From the NCBI GenBank assembly GCA_964600755.1, contig CAZRKQ010000236.1:812-64811 (forward strand): DNA of 64,000 nucleotides. The letters run 5' to 3'. This DNA comes from an uncultured Thiotrichaceae bacterium (lineage in GTDB: Bacteria; Pseudomonadota; Gammaproteobacteria; SZUA-229). Numbering within the stretch: the stretch's first letter is position 1; each line of letters starts with the position of its first letter. This document shows positions 1 to 9,643 of this stretch, piece after piece. The notes beneath the pieces are model-generated. The model searched no databases. It was not told the DNA's origin and saw nothing but the letters and a program-made list of their open reading frames with translations. The position numbers and the translations under genes were made by a program.

Positions 1-471
1 GATGTCGACACGCTTCTTCAGTTCGATCAGGGCCTTGTTGTCCAGCTTATCGGATTCCTGCTTGATGACCTTGTACTTAACAGCCAGTGCTGCCAACCAT
101 TCATTTTCCTGAGTGTCATTATTATTGAGGGCATTCAGCAGGTGTTCTCTTTCACTCATGATTTTTTCGTTGGCCTGCAATATGCCCGAGCCGGTGAGGC
201 GGAAGAATATGTTTTTCTTGTCGCTGACTGGAATGGTCTGGGTGACTTTCTGCCAGCGTTGCGGAATATTCGTGAGTTCTATACGTGGTATTTCACGGAT
301 ACCGGCCTGCCATTGTTCAGCGGTATAGCCAATCTCGTTAAACAGTTGCAGAACATCATTGTAGTTCTTTGACTCGACGGTGCGGATAATGGCTGTGTCG
401 CTGTAGGCGGGCTGTAATCCACTCAGGGCTGTTAATGCAACACAGAGAAGGCTTCTGGCGGGCAGTATCAT
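1..471 (-). CDS. Bax-like exported glucosaminidase-domain protein (C-terminal part runs off the window edge)
   Basis: Manual translation, not in the ORF track: ATG at 471 with an AAGGA RBS, signal peptide MILPARSLLCVALTALSGLQPAYS, open to base 1 and ending ...LIELKKRVDI. In Bax-family proteins this segment precedes the LAQAAxESGWG motif, which would lie outside the window. Confidence 0.6.
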   Translation of the reverse strand, partial: MILPARSLLCVALTALSGLQPAYSDTAIIRTVESKNYNDVLQLFNEIGYTAEQWQAGIREIPRIELTNIPQRWQKVTQTIPVSDKKNIFFRLTGSGILQANEKIMSEREHLLNALNNNDTQENEWLAALAVKYKVIKQESDKLDNKALIELKKRVDI

Positions 472-483
472 TGTTATTATTCC

Positions 484-1548
484 TTATTGTTCTTTGCTTA
501 ACTCTGCAACCTGTTTTTCCAGCTGGCGCACTTGCTTGCGTAGCTCAACCAGCTTATGTGCCACAGCCGAATTTCTGAAATAGTCTTTAACCGGCTGGAT
601 CGGCGTGCCTGCGTACACGCCCGGCTCATCGATGTTGTTGATCACGCCAGCGCGTTGCACCAGGGTGACATCGTCGGTAATTTTCACGTGATCGGTAATG
701 GCACACTGGCCACTGACTACCACCCGTTGACCGAGCGTGCTGGAACCGGCAACACCGGTTTGCGCGACAATGATGCAGTCTTCGCCTATATCGGCATTGT
801 GCGCGATATGACACAGCGCATCAAACTTGCAGCCGGCACGGATGCGGGTTTCACTCCAGGCAGCACGGTCAATATTGCAGTTAGAGCCAATCATAACGTC
901 GTCTTCAATCACGACCCTTCCGGTCTGCGGGATGCGATGACTATGGCCTTTTTCATCCTGTGCAAAACCAAAACCTTCCATGCCGATGACGCAACCGGAT
1001 TTCAATATAACGCGATTACCCAGCTCGCATGCATATGAAACAACAACATTGGGGTGCACGATGCAGTCTTCGCCGATAACAACATCCTGCTCCAGCACAC
1101 TATTGGCCTTGATGATGCTGCCATTACCAACCTTTACATTACGACCGATTACAACGCCTGGCCCGATAATCACATCTTCAGCAATACTGGCAGTTTCGTG
1201 GATCGTTGCCGAGGGATGAATTGCAGGCCATTCAATGTCGCGGTGATCATGATCAGCATAGGCCTGGCGTATCAGTGCCTGTGCCAGCCGAACATTTTTA
1301 CTGGTCAGGATTGAAGTGGACGTTAACGATGAAAAACTCTCGACCATTTTGACATGGGTAACGAGGGCTGCAGGTTTTGACTTGATTACATGTTGTGCAA
1401 ACTCGGGGCTGTCGACAAATATCAGCGAGCCGGGGCTGCTGTTCTCAACAGGGGCAATGCTGGTGATGTCACTATCAGGCCCGATTATTTCTTCGAGTAT
1501 GCCCTGCGCCTGAAATGTTTCAAATATCTGGCTCGCCTTTATCTTCAT
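484..1548 (-). CDS. lpxD: UDP-3-O-acylglucosamine N-acyltransferase
   Basis: N-terminal LpxD domain (ITSIAPVENSSPGSLIF), hexapeptide repeats, GMEGFGF, PQTGRVVIEDDVMIGSNCNIDR, DALCHIAHN. Confidence 0.92.
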   Translation of the reverse strand: MKIKASQIFETFQAQGILEEIIGPDSDITSIAPVENSSPGSLIFVDSPEFAQHVIKSKPAALVTHVKMVESFSSLTSTSILTSKNVRLAQALIRQAYADHDHRDIEWPAIHPSATIHETASIAEDVIIGPGVVIGRNVKVGNGSIIKANSVLEQDVVIGEDCIVHPNVVVSYACELGNRVILKSGCVIGMEGFGFAQDEKGHSHRIPQTGRVVIEDDVMIGSNCNIDRAAWSETRIRAGCKFDALCHIAHNADIGEDCIIVAQTGVAGSSTLGQRVVVSGQCAITDHVKITDDVTLVQRAGVINNIDEPGVYAGTPIQPVKDYFRNSAVAHKLVELRKQVRQLEKQVAELSKEQ

Positions 1549-1594
1549 TCCGCGTCGTGCTGGTAGTGGGGTGGTTTGCTGGATTGTACCAGCA

Positions 1595-2221
1595 TTAATC
1601 GAATAGTCTCGATATGTGTTCAGCAGTGAAACAAATATTCCCTGCAGAAAACAGGCCGCTGATAAGGGCTGTCATGTCGGCGCCGGAATCAATGACACGC
1701 GCTACATTTGACTTGCCGATGCCGCCGATTGCGCAAACAGGTATTTCGAGCTGTGATTTTGCTTCGCTGATCAGCTCGCAACTTGCCGAACGTGCGTTCG
1801 GCTTGGTGGGCGATGTAAACATGGTGCCGAAAGCGACATAGTCAGCCCCGGCCGCCTGAGCTTCGTGCGCTCGTTGCAACTGGTTGTAGCATGAGATACC
1901 AATGATGGCCTCATCGCCCAGCATCAGCCTGGCCTGCTCGATTGTTACATCATCTTCACCAAGATGCACACCGTGTGCAGCAACAGCCTGTGCCAGTGCT
2001 ATATCATCATTAATGATCAAGGTTGCCTTAAACTGATTGCATAAGCTGCGTAATGCCGAAGCCTGTTCAAGCCGCTTTGTCTCGTTAGCGGATTTATCCC
2101 GGTACTGAATAATTGACGTGCCGCCCTGGAGTGCCTGCTTAATGGTCGCAATAAATCTGGCTTCGGGAATCAGGTTTTCATCGGTGATCGCATACAGACC
2201 ACGCAGTATTGCCGGGGTCAC
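1595..2221 (-). CDS. thiE: thiamine-phosphate synthase
   Basis: LYAITD, IQYRDK, LIINDD, HGVHLGEDD, DYVAFG, SPTK, PVCAIGGI; overlaps thiD by 4 nt. Confidence 0.93.
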   Translation of the reverse strand: MTPAILRGLYAITDENLIPEARFIATIKQALQGGTSIIQYRDKSANETKRLEQASALRSLCNQFKATLIINDDIALAQAVAAHGVHLGEDDVTIEQARLMLGDEAIIGISCYNQLQRAHEAQAAGADYVAFGTMFTSPTKPNARSASCELISEAKSQLEIPVCAIGGIGKSNVARVIDSGADMTALISGLFSAGNICFTAEHISRLFD

Positions 2222-3018
2222 TTGCTTTTTTGCTTTGTCCAGAAGAAGCGGTCAGGATGGTACTGGCCCATGCCGATGCGCTTGCCGTGAACAAGAGTTT
2301 TATGCGTGTAGTCGAGTGCCTGGTGCACGGCATTTTCAATTTCCGGTTCAATGGTCATCATTGCGGCCAGGCTGGCAGCAAGGGTGCAGCCAGAACCATG
2401 GTATTTGTGGGGCAGTCGCTCGTAACTATACCGTGTCAGTTCGCGATGATTGCTGAACAATGTGTGGACCACGTTCTGTGTTTTACCATGTGTGCCAGTC
2501 AGCAATACATACTGGCAATTTGTTTCCAGCAGAGCTACGGCAGCAGCGGCCGGCGTATCAGAGCCCGGCGCAAGCACATGGGCTTCAAAAATATTTGGCG
2601 TAAGCACGGTTGTCAAAGGCAGTAACAGGCTGCGCGCACTTTCAACCAGGCCAGGTGTGCTCAGGGCGCCGTCTTTTTCTGTACTGAATACCGGGTCGTA
2701 GACAACCTTTATCGAAGGGTAATCAACCAGGATGGAATGTATGGCTTCGGCGATCTCGGTGCTGCCGACCATGCCTATTTTGATTACACTGACCGGCATA
2801 TCTTCCAGTACAGCCCTGGCCTGTTCGATGAGCAGGTCTGGCGGCATGGGTGCGAAGGACATGACGTCCTGCGTGTCCTGTACTGTTGCCGCCGTTATAA
2901 TGGGTGCGCAAAGTGCGCCCTGGCTGCTAATGGACTCGATATCAGCAAGGATGCCCGCACCGCCCGAAGGGTCGAGTCCGGAAAAACAGAGTACTACAGG
3001 TGTTTGAGATTCAGTCAC
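2218..3018 (-). CDS. thiD: hydroxymethylpyrimidine/phosphomethylpyrimidine kinase
   Basis: SGLDPSGGAGILADI, TVQDT, IKIGM, VYDPV, LTPNIFEA, HGSGCTLAA. Confidence 0.9.
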   Translation of the reverse strand: MTESQTPVVLCFSGLDPSGGAGILADIESISSQGALCAPIITAATVQDTQDVMSFAPMPPDLLIEQARAVLEDMPVSVIKIGMVGSTEIAEAIHSILVDYPSIKVVYDPVFSTEKDGALSTPGLVESARSLLLPLTTVLTPNIFEAHVLAPGSDTPAAAAVALLETNCQYVLLTGTHGKTQNVVHTLFSNHRELTRYSYERLPHKYHGSGCTLAASLAAMMTIEPEIENAVHQALDYTHKTLVHGKRIGMGQYHPDRFFWTKQKSK

Positions 3019-3170
3019 GGGTTACAGTTTATTCCTGAATGCAGGGATGGCAAGCGTATTTTATAATCGTTAGATTTTAGTCTCGGGAACAGATCTGAAA
3101 TTATCTGCCGTTCCTGTGTTTTATAGATTATTTTGATGTGTACAATAACGCATCTTTCAAACAATGGGAA

Positions 3171-3350
3171 ATGCAAATGGTGTACAAAAAATGGGTCTGC
3201 ATTGTGTGTGGCTTTATTTACGATGAGGAACTGGGCGATCCTGAACATGGTATTGCTGCCGGCACGGCATGGGAAGATGTGCCTGATGACTGGGAATGTC
3301 CCGAGTGCAACGCGGCAAAATCCGATTTTGAAATGGAACCGGTTGATTAG
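3171..3350 (+). CDS. rubredoxin
   Basis: [15 protein letters not shown]...[13 protein letters not shown], two CxxC knuckles; start at 3171 or 3177 rather than 3138. Confidence 0.95.
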   Translation: MQMVYKKWVCIVCGFIYDEELGDPEHGIAAGTAWEDVPDDWECPECNAAKSDFEMEPVD

Positions 3351-3360
3351 TGATTGCTGA

Positions 3361-4329
3361 ATGTTTGAATCCAACATTCAATCTGCAGCATTTCTCGATC
3401 TTGACTCGGTTGATCGGGACGATCTTGATCTGTCGAAACTGACTGCCGCAGTGGATAACTGGCAGTGGCATGGCCTGGTCAGGGATGAAGAGCTGCATGA
3501 AGTATTGTCCAGGGTTAATGTCGTTGTCAGTAATAAAGTGGTGCTGACAGACGAGCACCTTTCCAGGGCGCAAGATCTGAAGCTCGTTTGCATCGCTGCA
3601 ACCGGCACCAATAACATCGACCTGGAGGCTGCCGCCAGAAACAACATAGCCGTGTGCAATGTGGATGGTTATGCCACGCCTTCAGTCGTGCAGCATGTAT
3701 TTACATTGCTACTGACTCTTACCACACATTTCAATGAATACACCTCGGCCGTTAAAGATGGCGACTGGAGCAGAAGTAGATTCTTTTGTTTACTTGATTA
3801 CCCGATTCGCGAGCTTGCCGGTAAAACCATCGGTATTGTTGGTTATGGCCACCTGGGCAAGGCAGTGGCCGGTATTGCAGAGGCCTTTGGCATGGAGGTG
3901 CTGCTAGCCAGGCGTAATATGCAGGATGAAAGACCGGGACGTGTTGCATTGCATGATCTACTGCCCCAGGTTGATGTGCTGTCACTGCATTGCCCATTGA
4001 CTGAAGAAACCAGGGGAATGATTGGCGCGGATGAACTGGCTTTGATGAACAGGGGCGCGGTGCTGATCAATACCGCTCGCGGTGGCCTGGTCGATGAGGA
4101 TGCACTGCTTGATGCTCTGAAAATACAGCAAATAGGCGGGGCAGGCCTGGATGTACTGGAAAAAGAACCACCGCCTGCAGGCTATCCAATCCTTAAAGCC
4201 GATGTGCCGAACCTGATCATCACACCGCACATTGCATGGGCCAGTCGCGAGTCACGTCAGCGTTTGCTGGATGAAATTGCGTTGAATATTGGGGCCTTCA
4301 AGGCAGGCAAGATAAGAAACGCTGTTTAA
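3361..4329 (+). CDS. D-2-hydroxyacid dehydrogenase (glycerate dehydrogenase/hydroxypyruvate reductase-like)
   Basis: ATGTNNIDL, GIVGYGHLG, SLHCPLT, LINTARGGLVDE, LDVLEKEP, ITPHIAW. Confidence 0.88.
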   Translation: MFESNIQSAAFLDLDSVDRDDLDLSKLTAAVDNWQWHGLVRDEELHEVLSRVNVVVSNKVVLTDEHLSRAQDLKLVCIAATGTNNIDLEAAARNNIAVCNVDGYATPSVVQHVFTLLLTLTTHFNEYTSAVKDGDWSRSRFFCLLDYPIRELAGKTIGIVGYGHLGKAVAGIAEAFGMEVLLARRNMQDERPGRVALHDLLPQVDVLSLHCPLTEETRGMIGADELALMNRGAVLINTARGGLVDEDALLDALKIQQIGGAGLDVLEKEPPPAGYPILKADVPNLIITPHIAWASRESRQRLLDEIALNIGAFKAGKIRNAV

Positions 4330-4667
4330 TTTGTTTCCTCGGCAATAATAAAGTACCAACTCATACCATTATCTGTCTTTGCCACTATTCCTTCTTCTTC
4401 TAGCTGGTTCACGGTTTTCAACGAACGATTAAACTGGCTTTTACTTCGGGATTGTACCGTATTATCTATTTCTTTTTTGATGCATGTTTCCTGTTCTTTT
4501 GATGCATCATCGAGATCGTAGCAGCCTGCGTTGATGGCCGATTGTTGTGCCACATAGTAGACTCTATTGACATAGTCTACATGTGCTACATCAGATGACT
4601 CTGTTCTGATATCAGAACAGCCAGACAATAAAATAAGTGCAGTTGTAATAAATACCAGGTTTCTCAT
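4326..4667 (-). CDS. hypothetical lipoprotein
   Basis: Lipobox LLSGC after a hydrophobic N-terminus; no recognisable domain. Confidence 0.6.
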   Translation of the reverse strand: MRNLVFITTALILLSGCSDIRTESSDVAHVDYVNRVYYVAQQSAINAGCYDLDDASKEQETCIKKEIDNTVQSRSKSQFNRSLKTVNQLEEEGIVAKTDNGMSWYFIIAEETN

Positions 4668-4811
4668 TGGATCGCTCTCTGTTTGCGTCGTCTAGAACAA
4701 TAACTGTCCATGTAATCATAATCAACAATAGTCTTGCAATAATTTAATTCCCACCCCAGATCCCATTGCATTTCATCCAGGCCACTCTCCAGGAACAGAA
4801 TTTAGGGAAAG

Positions 4812-4963
4812 AATATTTACCGCAGAGGCGCAGAGACGCTGAGAAGTTATATATTTACATCTCACCCGAAAAAAGAGATCTCCCGAGGTATGCGAAATCT
4901 CTCCCTTAGGTAAAGAAAACAGTAATTATTTTCTCAGCGCCTCTGCGCCTCTGCGGTAATATT
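4812..4963. repeat. palindromic REP/MITE-like element (CGCAGAGGCGCAGAG family)
   Basis: Arms 4812-4845 (aatatttaccgcagaggcgcagagacgctgagaa) and 4931-4963 (ttctcagcgcctctgcgcctctgcggtaatatt) are near-perfect inverted repeats around an 85-bp spacer. Confidence 0.85.
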
Positions 4964-4966
4964 TAT

Positions 4967-5383
4967 TTATTCACCGGTCACGGTAATCGTCAATTTACGT
5001 TCAGCCGCGTGCGAACTTTGCTCCCATAAAAAGATTCCCTGCCACACGCCGATGGCTGGTTTGCCGTTGCTTATTGGTATGCTGATGCTGGTCCGGGCAA
5101 GTGCATAGCGCATGTTTTCAGGGATGGCATCCATACTGGCATTGATTTTGTTATCAATATTGTCGCTGCTGGGTGCAAGCTGTGCCATGAATGCAGCGGT
5201 CTCGTTTTTCGTGGACTCATCTGCGATATCGCCGATGAGCAATGAGGCGCTGCTGCTTTGAATAAACAACTGGCAGGTGCCTATGCGAATGCTGGATTCC
5301 TTGATGAAACCTTCTACAAGGTCGGTGATTTCATATGCGCCCTTGCCGCGATCAGATAGTTCAATTGTGTCCTGGTAAACCAT
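4967..5383 (-). CDS. YjbQ/UPF0047 family protein, degenerate paralog
   Basis: GKGAYEIT, GVWQGIFLWE and terminal RKLTITVTGE match the upstream YjbQ, but the HTSAS and AH motifs are replaced. Confidence 0.75.
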   Translation of the reverse strand: MVYQDTIELSDRGKGAYEITDLVEGFIKESSIRIGTCQLFIQSSSASLLIGDIADESTKNETAAFMAQLAPSSDNIDNKINASMDAIPENMRYALARTSISIPISNGKPAIGVWQGIFLWEQSSHAAERKLTITVTGE

Positions 5384-5799
5384 TATTCTCCCATCACTGT
5401 AACTGTTATCTTGCGATTATGCGGATGTGTGCGGTGCTCCCATAAATAGATGCCCTGCCACGTACCAAGTGTGTCTCTGCCACCTTCAACAGGTATAGAC
5501 AACGAGCTTTGCGTGAGCACGGTTCGAACGTGCGCCGGCATATCATCCGGACCTTCATCGGTGTGCTGAAACATGCTGTCACCATCGGGGATAATTTTTT
5601 TCATAAACGTTTCGAGGTCCGTGCGTACTGTCGGGTCAGCATTCTCACACAATATCAATGAGGCACTGGTGTGGTGAACGAATATCTGGCAGATACCCTG
5701 TTTTATGCCGGAGTCATGGATAACTTCATCAACTTGCTGGCTGATGTCAAAAGTGCCGCGTCCCCGGGTGGGGAATCGGAGTTGTTGCTGGTGAACCAT
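5383..5799 (-). CDS. yjbQ: YjbQ family protein (secondary thiamine-phosphate synthase family, UPF0047)
   Basis: HHTSASLILCENADPTVRTD, EGPDDMPAHVR, LGTWQGIYLWEHR. Confidence 0.9.
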   Translation of the reverse strand: MVHQQQLRFPTRGRGTFDISQQVDEVIHDSGIKQGICQIFVHHTSASLILCENADPTVRTDLETFMKKIIPDGDSMFQHTDEGPDDMPAHVRTVLTQSSLSIPVEGGRDTLGTWQGIYLWEHRTHPHNRKITVTVMGE

Positions 5800-5858
5800 G
5801 AAATTGAAATGTCCCTATTAAATTTATAAAGACTGCAATACTGCAAATTTTAGCAAGT

Positions 5859-6746
5859 TTACAGGCAGGAATAATAGCTCTCGGCCAGTTTGGTCATGAT
5901 TTTAAACCAGGTGTCTTCGCCCGGCTCATAGCGAGTACCCATCGCATCGAGTTCCAGTACCTCAACCCCAAGGCCGTGCGTCAATGTATCGACCAGGGCA
6001 GGGCGGTTTGGTGCTTCATAAAACAGACAGTGTAGTTGTTGTTGCTGGATTTTGTTGCGTAATTCACGAACATATTTCGCACTGGGGCTGATTTCTTCGC
6101 CGCTGCTGACAAAGCCGGAATTGTTCAGGCCATAGGCTTTTTCAAAATACTGGTAAGCGTCATGGTAGCTGAGAAAGGCGGATGTCTTGCCCGACAGTTT
6201 GCGCTGAATCTGACCATCGGTTTCGCTGATGTGCTGGTGCAAGCGTTTTCGGTTGGCCTCGTAGATGTGCGCATGCGCTGTATCCAGGCTGATGAGTTCA
6301 TTGGCAATGGCATCCACCATGACGTGTGCGTTGTCTGCAGATAACCAGATATGCGGGTCAGTACGCGATTGTGCTTTTGGGTGCTGATGTACAGTTCTGG
6401 CGGGTAAACGAAGCAGGCCTTTTGCCTCAATCAGGGCAACATTCGTGCTCGCGGGATCGAGGCTGTCCAGTATGCGTGGCATGAACGTTTCAAGTTCAGG
6501 CCCTACCCAGAAAATCAGCGATGCCCTGGCGAGAGCGCGACGTTCCGAGGGGCGCAGGCTGTAGTGGTGCGGGGATGCACCGGTGTTCATGATCAGCGAG
6601 GGCTCGCCAGCGCCTTTCATGATGCCTGCAACAAGCGAGTGCACGGGTTTTACAGTGACAGCGACGTTGAAGTCTTCGCTTGAAGTTTGCGCCTGCAGTG
6701 GAAATGCAACAATGAGCAGGGTGCAGAGAATGAGTGTGGTGCGCAT
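5859..6746 (-). CDS. znuA: zinc ABC transporter periplasmic binding protein
   Basis: Signal peptide, VTVKPVHSLV, SPHHYSLRPS, DPHIWLS, YHDAYQYFE; divergent from zur-znuCB. Confidence 0.9.
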   Translation of the reverse strand: MRTTLILCTLLIVAFPLQAQTSSEDFNVAVTVKPVHSLVAGIMKGAGEPSLIMNTGASPHHYSLRPSERRALARASLIFWVGPELETFMPRILDSLDPASTNVALIEAKGLLRLPARTVHQHPKAQSRTDPHIWLSADNAHVMVDAIANELISLDTAHAHIYEANRKRLHQHISETDGQIQRKLSGKTSAFLSYHDAYQYFEKAYGLNNSGFVSSGEEISPSAKYVRELRNKIQQQQLHCLFYEAPNRPALVDTLTHGLGVEVLELDAMGTRYEPGEDTWFKIMTKLAESYYSCL

Positions 6747-6773
6747 GGCAATAGAGGGTGGTGAGATTTTGTT

Positions 6774-6790
6774 ATGTTATAATATAACAT
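6774..6790. promoter_or_regulatory. Zur-binding box
   Basis: Perfect palindrome ATGTTATA-A-TATAACAT between divergent znuA and zur; matches the gammaproteobacterial Zur consensus GAAATGTTATAnTATAACATTTC. Confidence 0.9.
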
Positions 6791-6829
6791 TATTTCGCAC
6801 CATCCATGTGCTGACCGAGCAGAGCGACT

Positions 6830-7330
6830 ATGACCGAGCATTGTTCACACTCCGACATCGCCAGCTGTACCCTGCCCTCATCCGAGCAGGTCGCAAATTT
6901 TCTTGATCAGGCAGAGGCGCTGTGTGACAAGCGTAACCTGCGTTTCACCCAATTGCGCAAGCAGGTGCTGGAGCTTGTCTGTAAGGCCGAACAGCCGGTA
7001 GGTGCCTATCACCTGCTCGACGAGCTGCGCGAGTCCGGCCGCTCAGCGGCGCCGCCAACGGTTTATCGTGCACTGGATTTTTTACTCGAGCAGGGCCTGG
7101 TGCACCGCCTGGCGACCAACAATACCTATCTGGCCTGCGCGCATCCGCAGCATCCACATGCTGCTGTATTCCTGGTGTGCAGCCACTGTGGCCACACCCA
7201 GGAAGTGCATAGCGGGGGCGTAATCGATCAGCTCAGGCAACAGGCGGGTGATTTCGACTTTGCGATCAAGCACGCTTCAGTAGAAGTCACCGGTTTGTGC
7301 AGCCGCTGCAGGAGCATAAATGAACAGTGA
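6830..7330 (+). CDS. zur: zinc uptake regulator (Fur family)
   Basis: RFTQLRKQVLELV, PPTVYRALDFL, CxxC pairs (CSHC, CSRC), context of znuABC. Confidence 0.92.
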   Translation: MTEHCSHSDIASCTLPSSEQVANFLDQAEALCDKRNLRFTQLRKQVLELVCKAEQPVGAYHLLDELRESGRSAAPPTVYRALDFLLEQGLVHRLATNNTYLACAHPQHPHAAVFLVCSHCGHTQEVHSGGVIDQLRQQAGDFDFAIKHASVEVTGLCSRCRSINEQ

Positions 7331-8105
7331 TGCTGGCAATGAAGTGCTGCTATCAGCTTCAAACCTGGGCTATACCATCCGGGGCCACCAGGTTCTCGAT
7401 GCGGTGTCGCTGCAGCTGCATGGCAACGAGATCGTTACCCTGATCGGTCCCAACGGTGCAGGAAAAACCAGCCTCGTGCGCATCCTCCTGGGACTGAAAA
7501 AAGCGACCTCTGGCGAGGTCTACCGCAAGCCTGGTATAAAAATCGGTTACGTACCGCAAAAATTGCATATCGACCCGGTATTGCCCTTGCGGGTTCGTGA
7601 CTTTCTGCTGACTGTCGGCCGCTTCGACGAAGCGCAATTAATCAGGGTGCTTGAAGAAGTACAGATGTCACATCTGCTCAAATCGGCAGTACAGACATTG
7701 TCGGGTGGTGAATTTCAGCGCGTGCTTCTGGCACGCGCATTACTGAAGCAGCCGGATTTACTGGTGCTGGATGAACCGGCGCAGGGTATCGATATTATCG
7801 GGCAGCAGGCGCTGTATCAGACCATCAAGCATATTCGAGACCGGCATGCATGCGGTGTGCTCATGGTATCGCATGATCTGCACCTGGTAATGGCATCAAC
7901 TGACCAGGTGGTCTGTCTGAATACACATATTTGCTGTACCGGGCATCCTGATGATGTCAGTGCGCACCCGGAGTACCTGAAAATATTCGGCCAGGCAATG
8001 GAAGGCCTTGCGCCGTATTCACATCAACATGATCATGCGCACGATGCCCACGGTAATGTGATTCCGCTGAACCATGAGCATGAGGCTGGCTCGCATGATA
8101 GATGA
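7320..8105 (+). CDS. znuC: zinc ABC transporter ATP-binding protein
   Basis: Walker A GPNGAGKT, LSGGEFQR, LDEP, SHDL, CCTGHP, His-rich C-terminus. Confidence 0.93.
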   Translation: MNSDAGNEVLLSASNLGYTIRGHQVLDAVSLQLHGNEIVTLIGPNGAGKTSLVRILLGLKKATSGEVYRKPGIKIGYVPQKLHIDPVLPLRVRDFLLTVGRFDEAQLIRVLEEVQMSHLLKSAVQTLSGGEFQRVLLARALLKQPDLLVLDEPAQGIDIIGQQALYQTIKHIRDRHACGVLMVSHDLHLVMASTDQVVCLNTHICCTGHPDDVSAHPEYLKIFGQAMEGLAPYSHQHDHAHDAHGNVIPLNHEHEAGSHDR

Positions 8106-8889
8106 CTTCATCATAAATGCACTGCTTGCAGGTATTGCGGTGGCTCTTGTTGCCGGGCCTCTTGGTTGTGTTGTGGTTTGGCGGCGCATGGCTTACTTTG
8201 GCGATACACTGGCACATTCCTCGTTGCTGGGCGTAGCGCTTGCGGTATCTGCCGAACTGGTTCCTATCCTGGGGGTAGTGTTTATCGGTGCAGTGCTGGC
8301 GGCGTTGCTGTTCTGGCTGGAGCAGAGAAGAGAGCTGTCTGTGGATACTTTGCTGGGCATACTGTCACACAGTGCGCTCGCGCTGGGTTTGATTGTTTTC
8401 TCACTGATCCAGGCGCGCGTGCCAGGTATAGATCTGATGGCGTACCTGTTCGGTGACATTCTCGCGGTTAATCAAACAGAGGTTGTGTGGATGTATGTTG
8501 GGTCGGTTTTTATTTTATCGGTGTTCGCGTGGCTGTGGCGGGCATTGATATCAGTTTCTGTCAATGAGGACATGGCGCGTACCGATGGTATTAACGTTTC
8601 GTTGGTACGCTTCGTCTTTATGTTGCTGCTGGCCATGGTCATTGCAGCTGCAATAAAGGTGGTTGGTATTCTGCTGATAACTGCATTGCTGATTATTCCT
8701 GCAGCTAGTGCGCGTGCATTTTCAAACACGCCGGTACAGATGGTCATATTGTCCACATTCATTGCCGTGGCTGCTGTCGTGATTGGCCTGGGTGCTTCTT
8801 TCTATCAGGACCTGCCGGCAGGCCCGGCTATCGTGGTTGCTGCAGCGCTGGGCTTTTTTATGACACGAGTAACAAGCCTCAGGAACTAG
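8095..8889 (+). CDS. znuB: zinc ABC transporter permease
   Basis: GPLGCVVVWRRMAYFGDTLAH, YLFGDILAV, GILLITALLIIPAASAR; start at ATG 8095. Confidence 0.93.
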   Translation: MIDDFIINALLAGIAVALVAGPLGCVVVWRRMAYFGDTLAHSSLLGVALAVSAELVPILGVVFIGAVLAALLFWLEQRRELSVDTLLGILSHSALALGLIVFSLIQARVPGIDLMAYLFGDILAVNQTEVVWMYVGSVFILSVFAWLWRALISVSVNEDMARTDGINVSLVRFVFMLLLAMVIAAAIKVVGILLITALLIIPAASARAFSNTPVQMVILSTFIAVAAVVIGLGASFYQDLPAGPAIVVAAALGFFMTRVTSLRN

Positions 8890-9623
8890 TCTTGTAAAAA
8901 CCTGCGGACTTCTGCTTCAGCATACCTTGCAAGTTCATCGCGGCTTTTGTTTTTAGCACTCACGGCTTCACCAAAGAACATTTCCACTTCCAGTTGCCTT
9001 GCTGCGAGCATGCGCTTGCTCGAATCTGCAAAACTCATATCATCGATGAACAACGCAGCGGGGTGTACCTTGTTGCCATCTGGATCAGGATAGCGAATTG
9101 CAACCGGTTGTACATAGGCGCCACTGTCAACTGCGCTTTGTATCAAGCGACTATGAAATCTTTTGACGTTGCCACCAGTAGTGGTTCCTTCGGCAAATAG
9201 TACGACGTTATGTTTTAAAGACAGGGCTTCGGCCATGACTTCGTTTGTTTTAACCGCAGCTTCCCTGCCGCCGCGTTCGATATAAAGCGTACCGGCACGT
9301 GTTGCCAGCCAGCCCATTAATGGCATGTGTTTAACTTCTATCTTGGAAAGAAAGCGAACCGGCAGCACGCTGCCCAGTGCTGCAATATCAAATGGTGATA
9401 CGTGGTTGCTGACAAACAGGGTCGCCTGTTTACGCGGCTCACCATAAACACGTACCGGTATACCGAGACTTTTTGCAATGCCGCGGTGCCACCAGCGTGT
9501 AATGTGGCTCTGGATTCCTTTAGGGGGCAATGTGCCGCGTTGAAACAGCACGGTAAGAATGCTGCCTGTTGAAACAACCAGGCTGAGCATAGCCAATCTG
9601 TAGCCGATTCTTATCTTGCTCAT
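8886..9623 (-). CDS. lysophospholipid acyltransferase (PlsC/OlsA family)
   Basis: NHVSPFD (HX4D), FLSKIE, FAEGTTT, VQPVAIRY. Confidence 0.85.
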   Translation of the reverse strand: MSKIRIGYRLAMLSLVVSTGSILTVLFQRGTLPPKGIQSHITRWWHRGIAKSLGIPVRVYGEPRKQATLFVSNHVSPFDIAALGSVLPVRFLSKIEVKHMPLMGWLATRAGTLYIERGGREAAVKTNEVMAEALSLKHNVVLFAEGTTTGGNVKRFHSRLIQSAVDSGAYVQPVAIRYPDPDGNKVHPAALFIDDMSFADSSKRMLAARQLEVEMFFGEAVSAKNKSRDELARYAEAEVRRFLQD

Positions 9624-9643
9624 TACAACAGGCTGTCTGTGGC

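Noticed and set aside
3019-3170. TPP riboswitch upstream of thiD
   Set aside because: No CTGAGA/ACCTGA core on either strand; only a small hairpin is present
4756-4785. Shared short words (CCAGATCCC, TCATCCAGG, CCAGGCCAC) here and at 45688-45721 next to repeat elements
   Set aside because: Matches are only 9 bp and in different order; cannot be distinguished from chance without a genome-wide count
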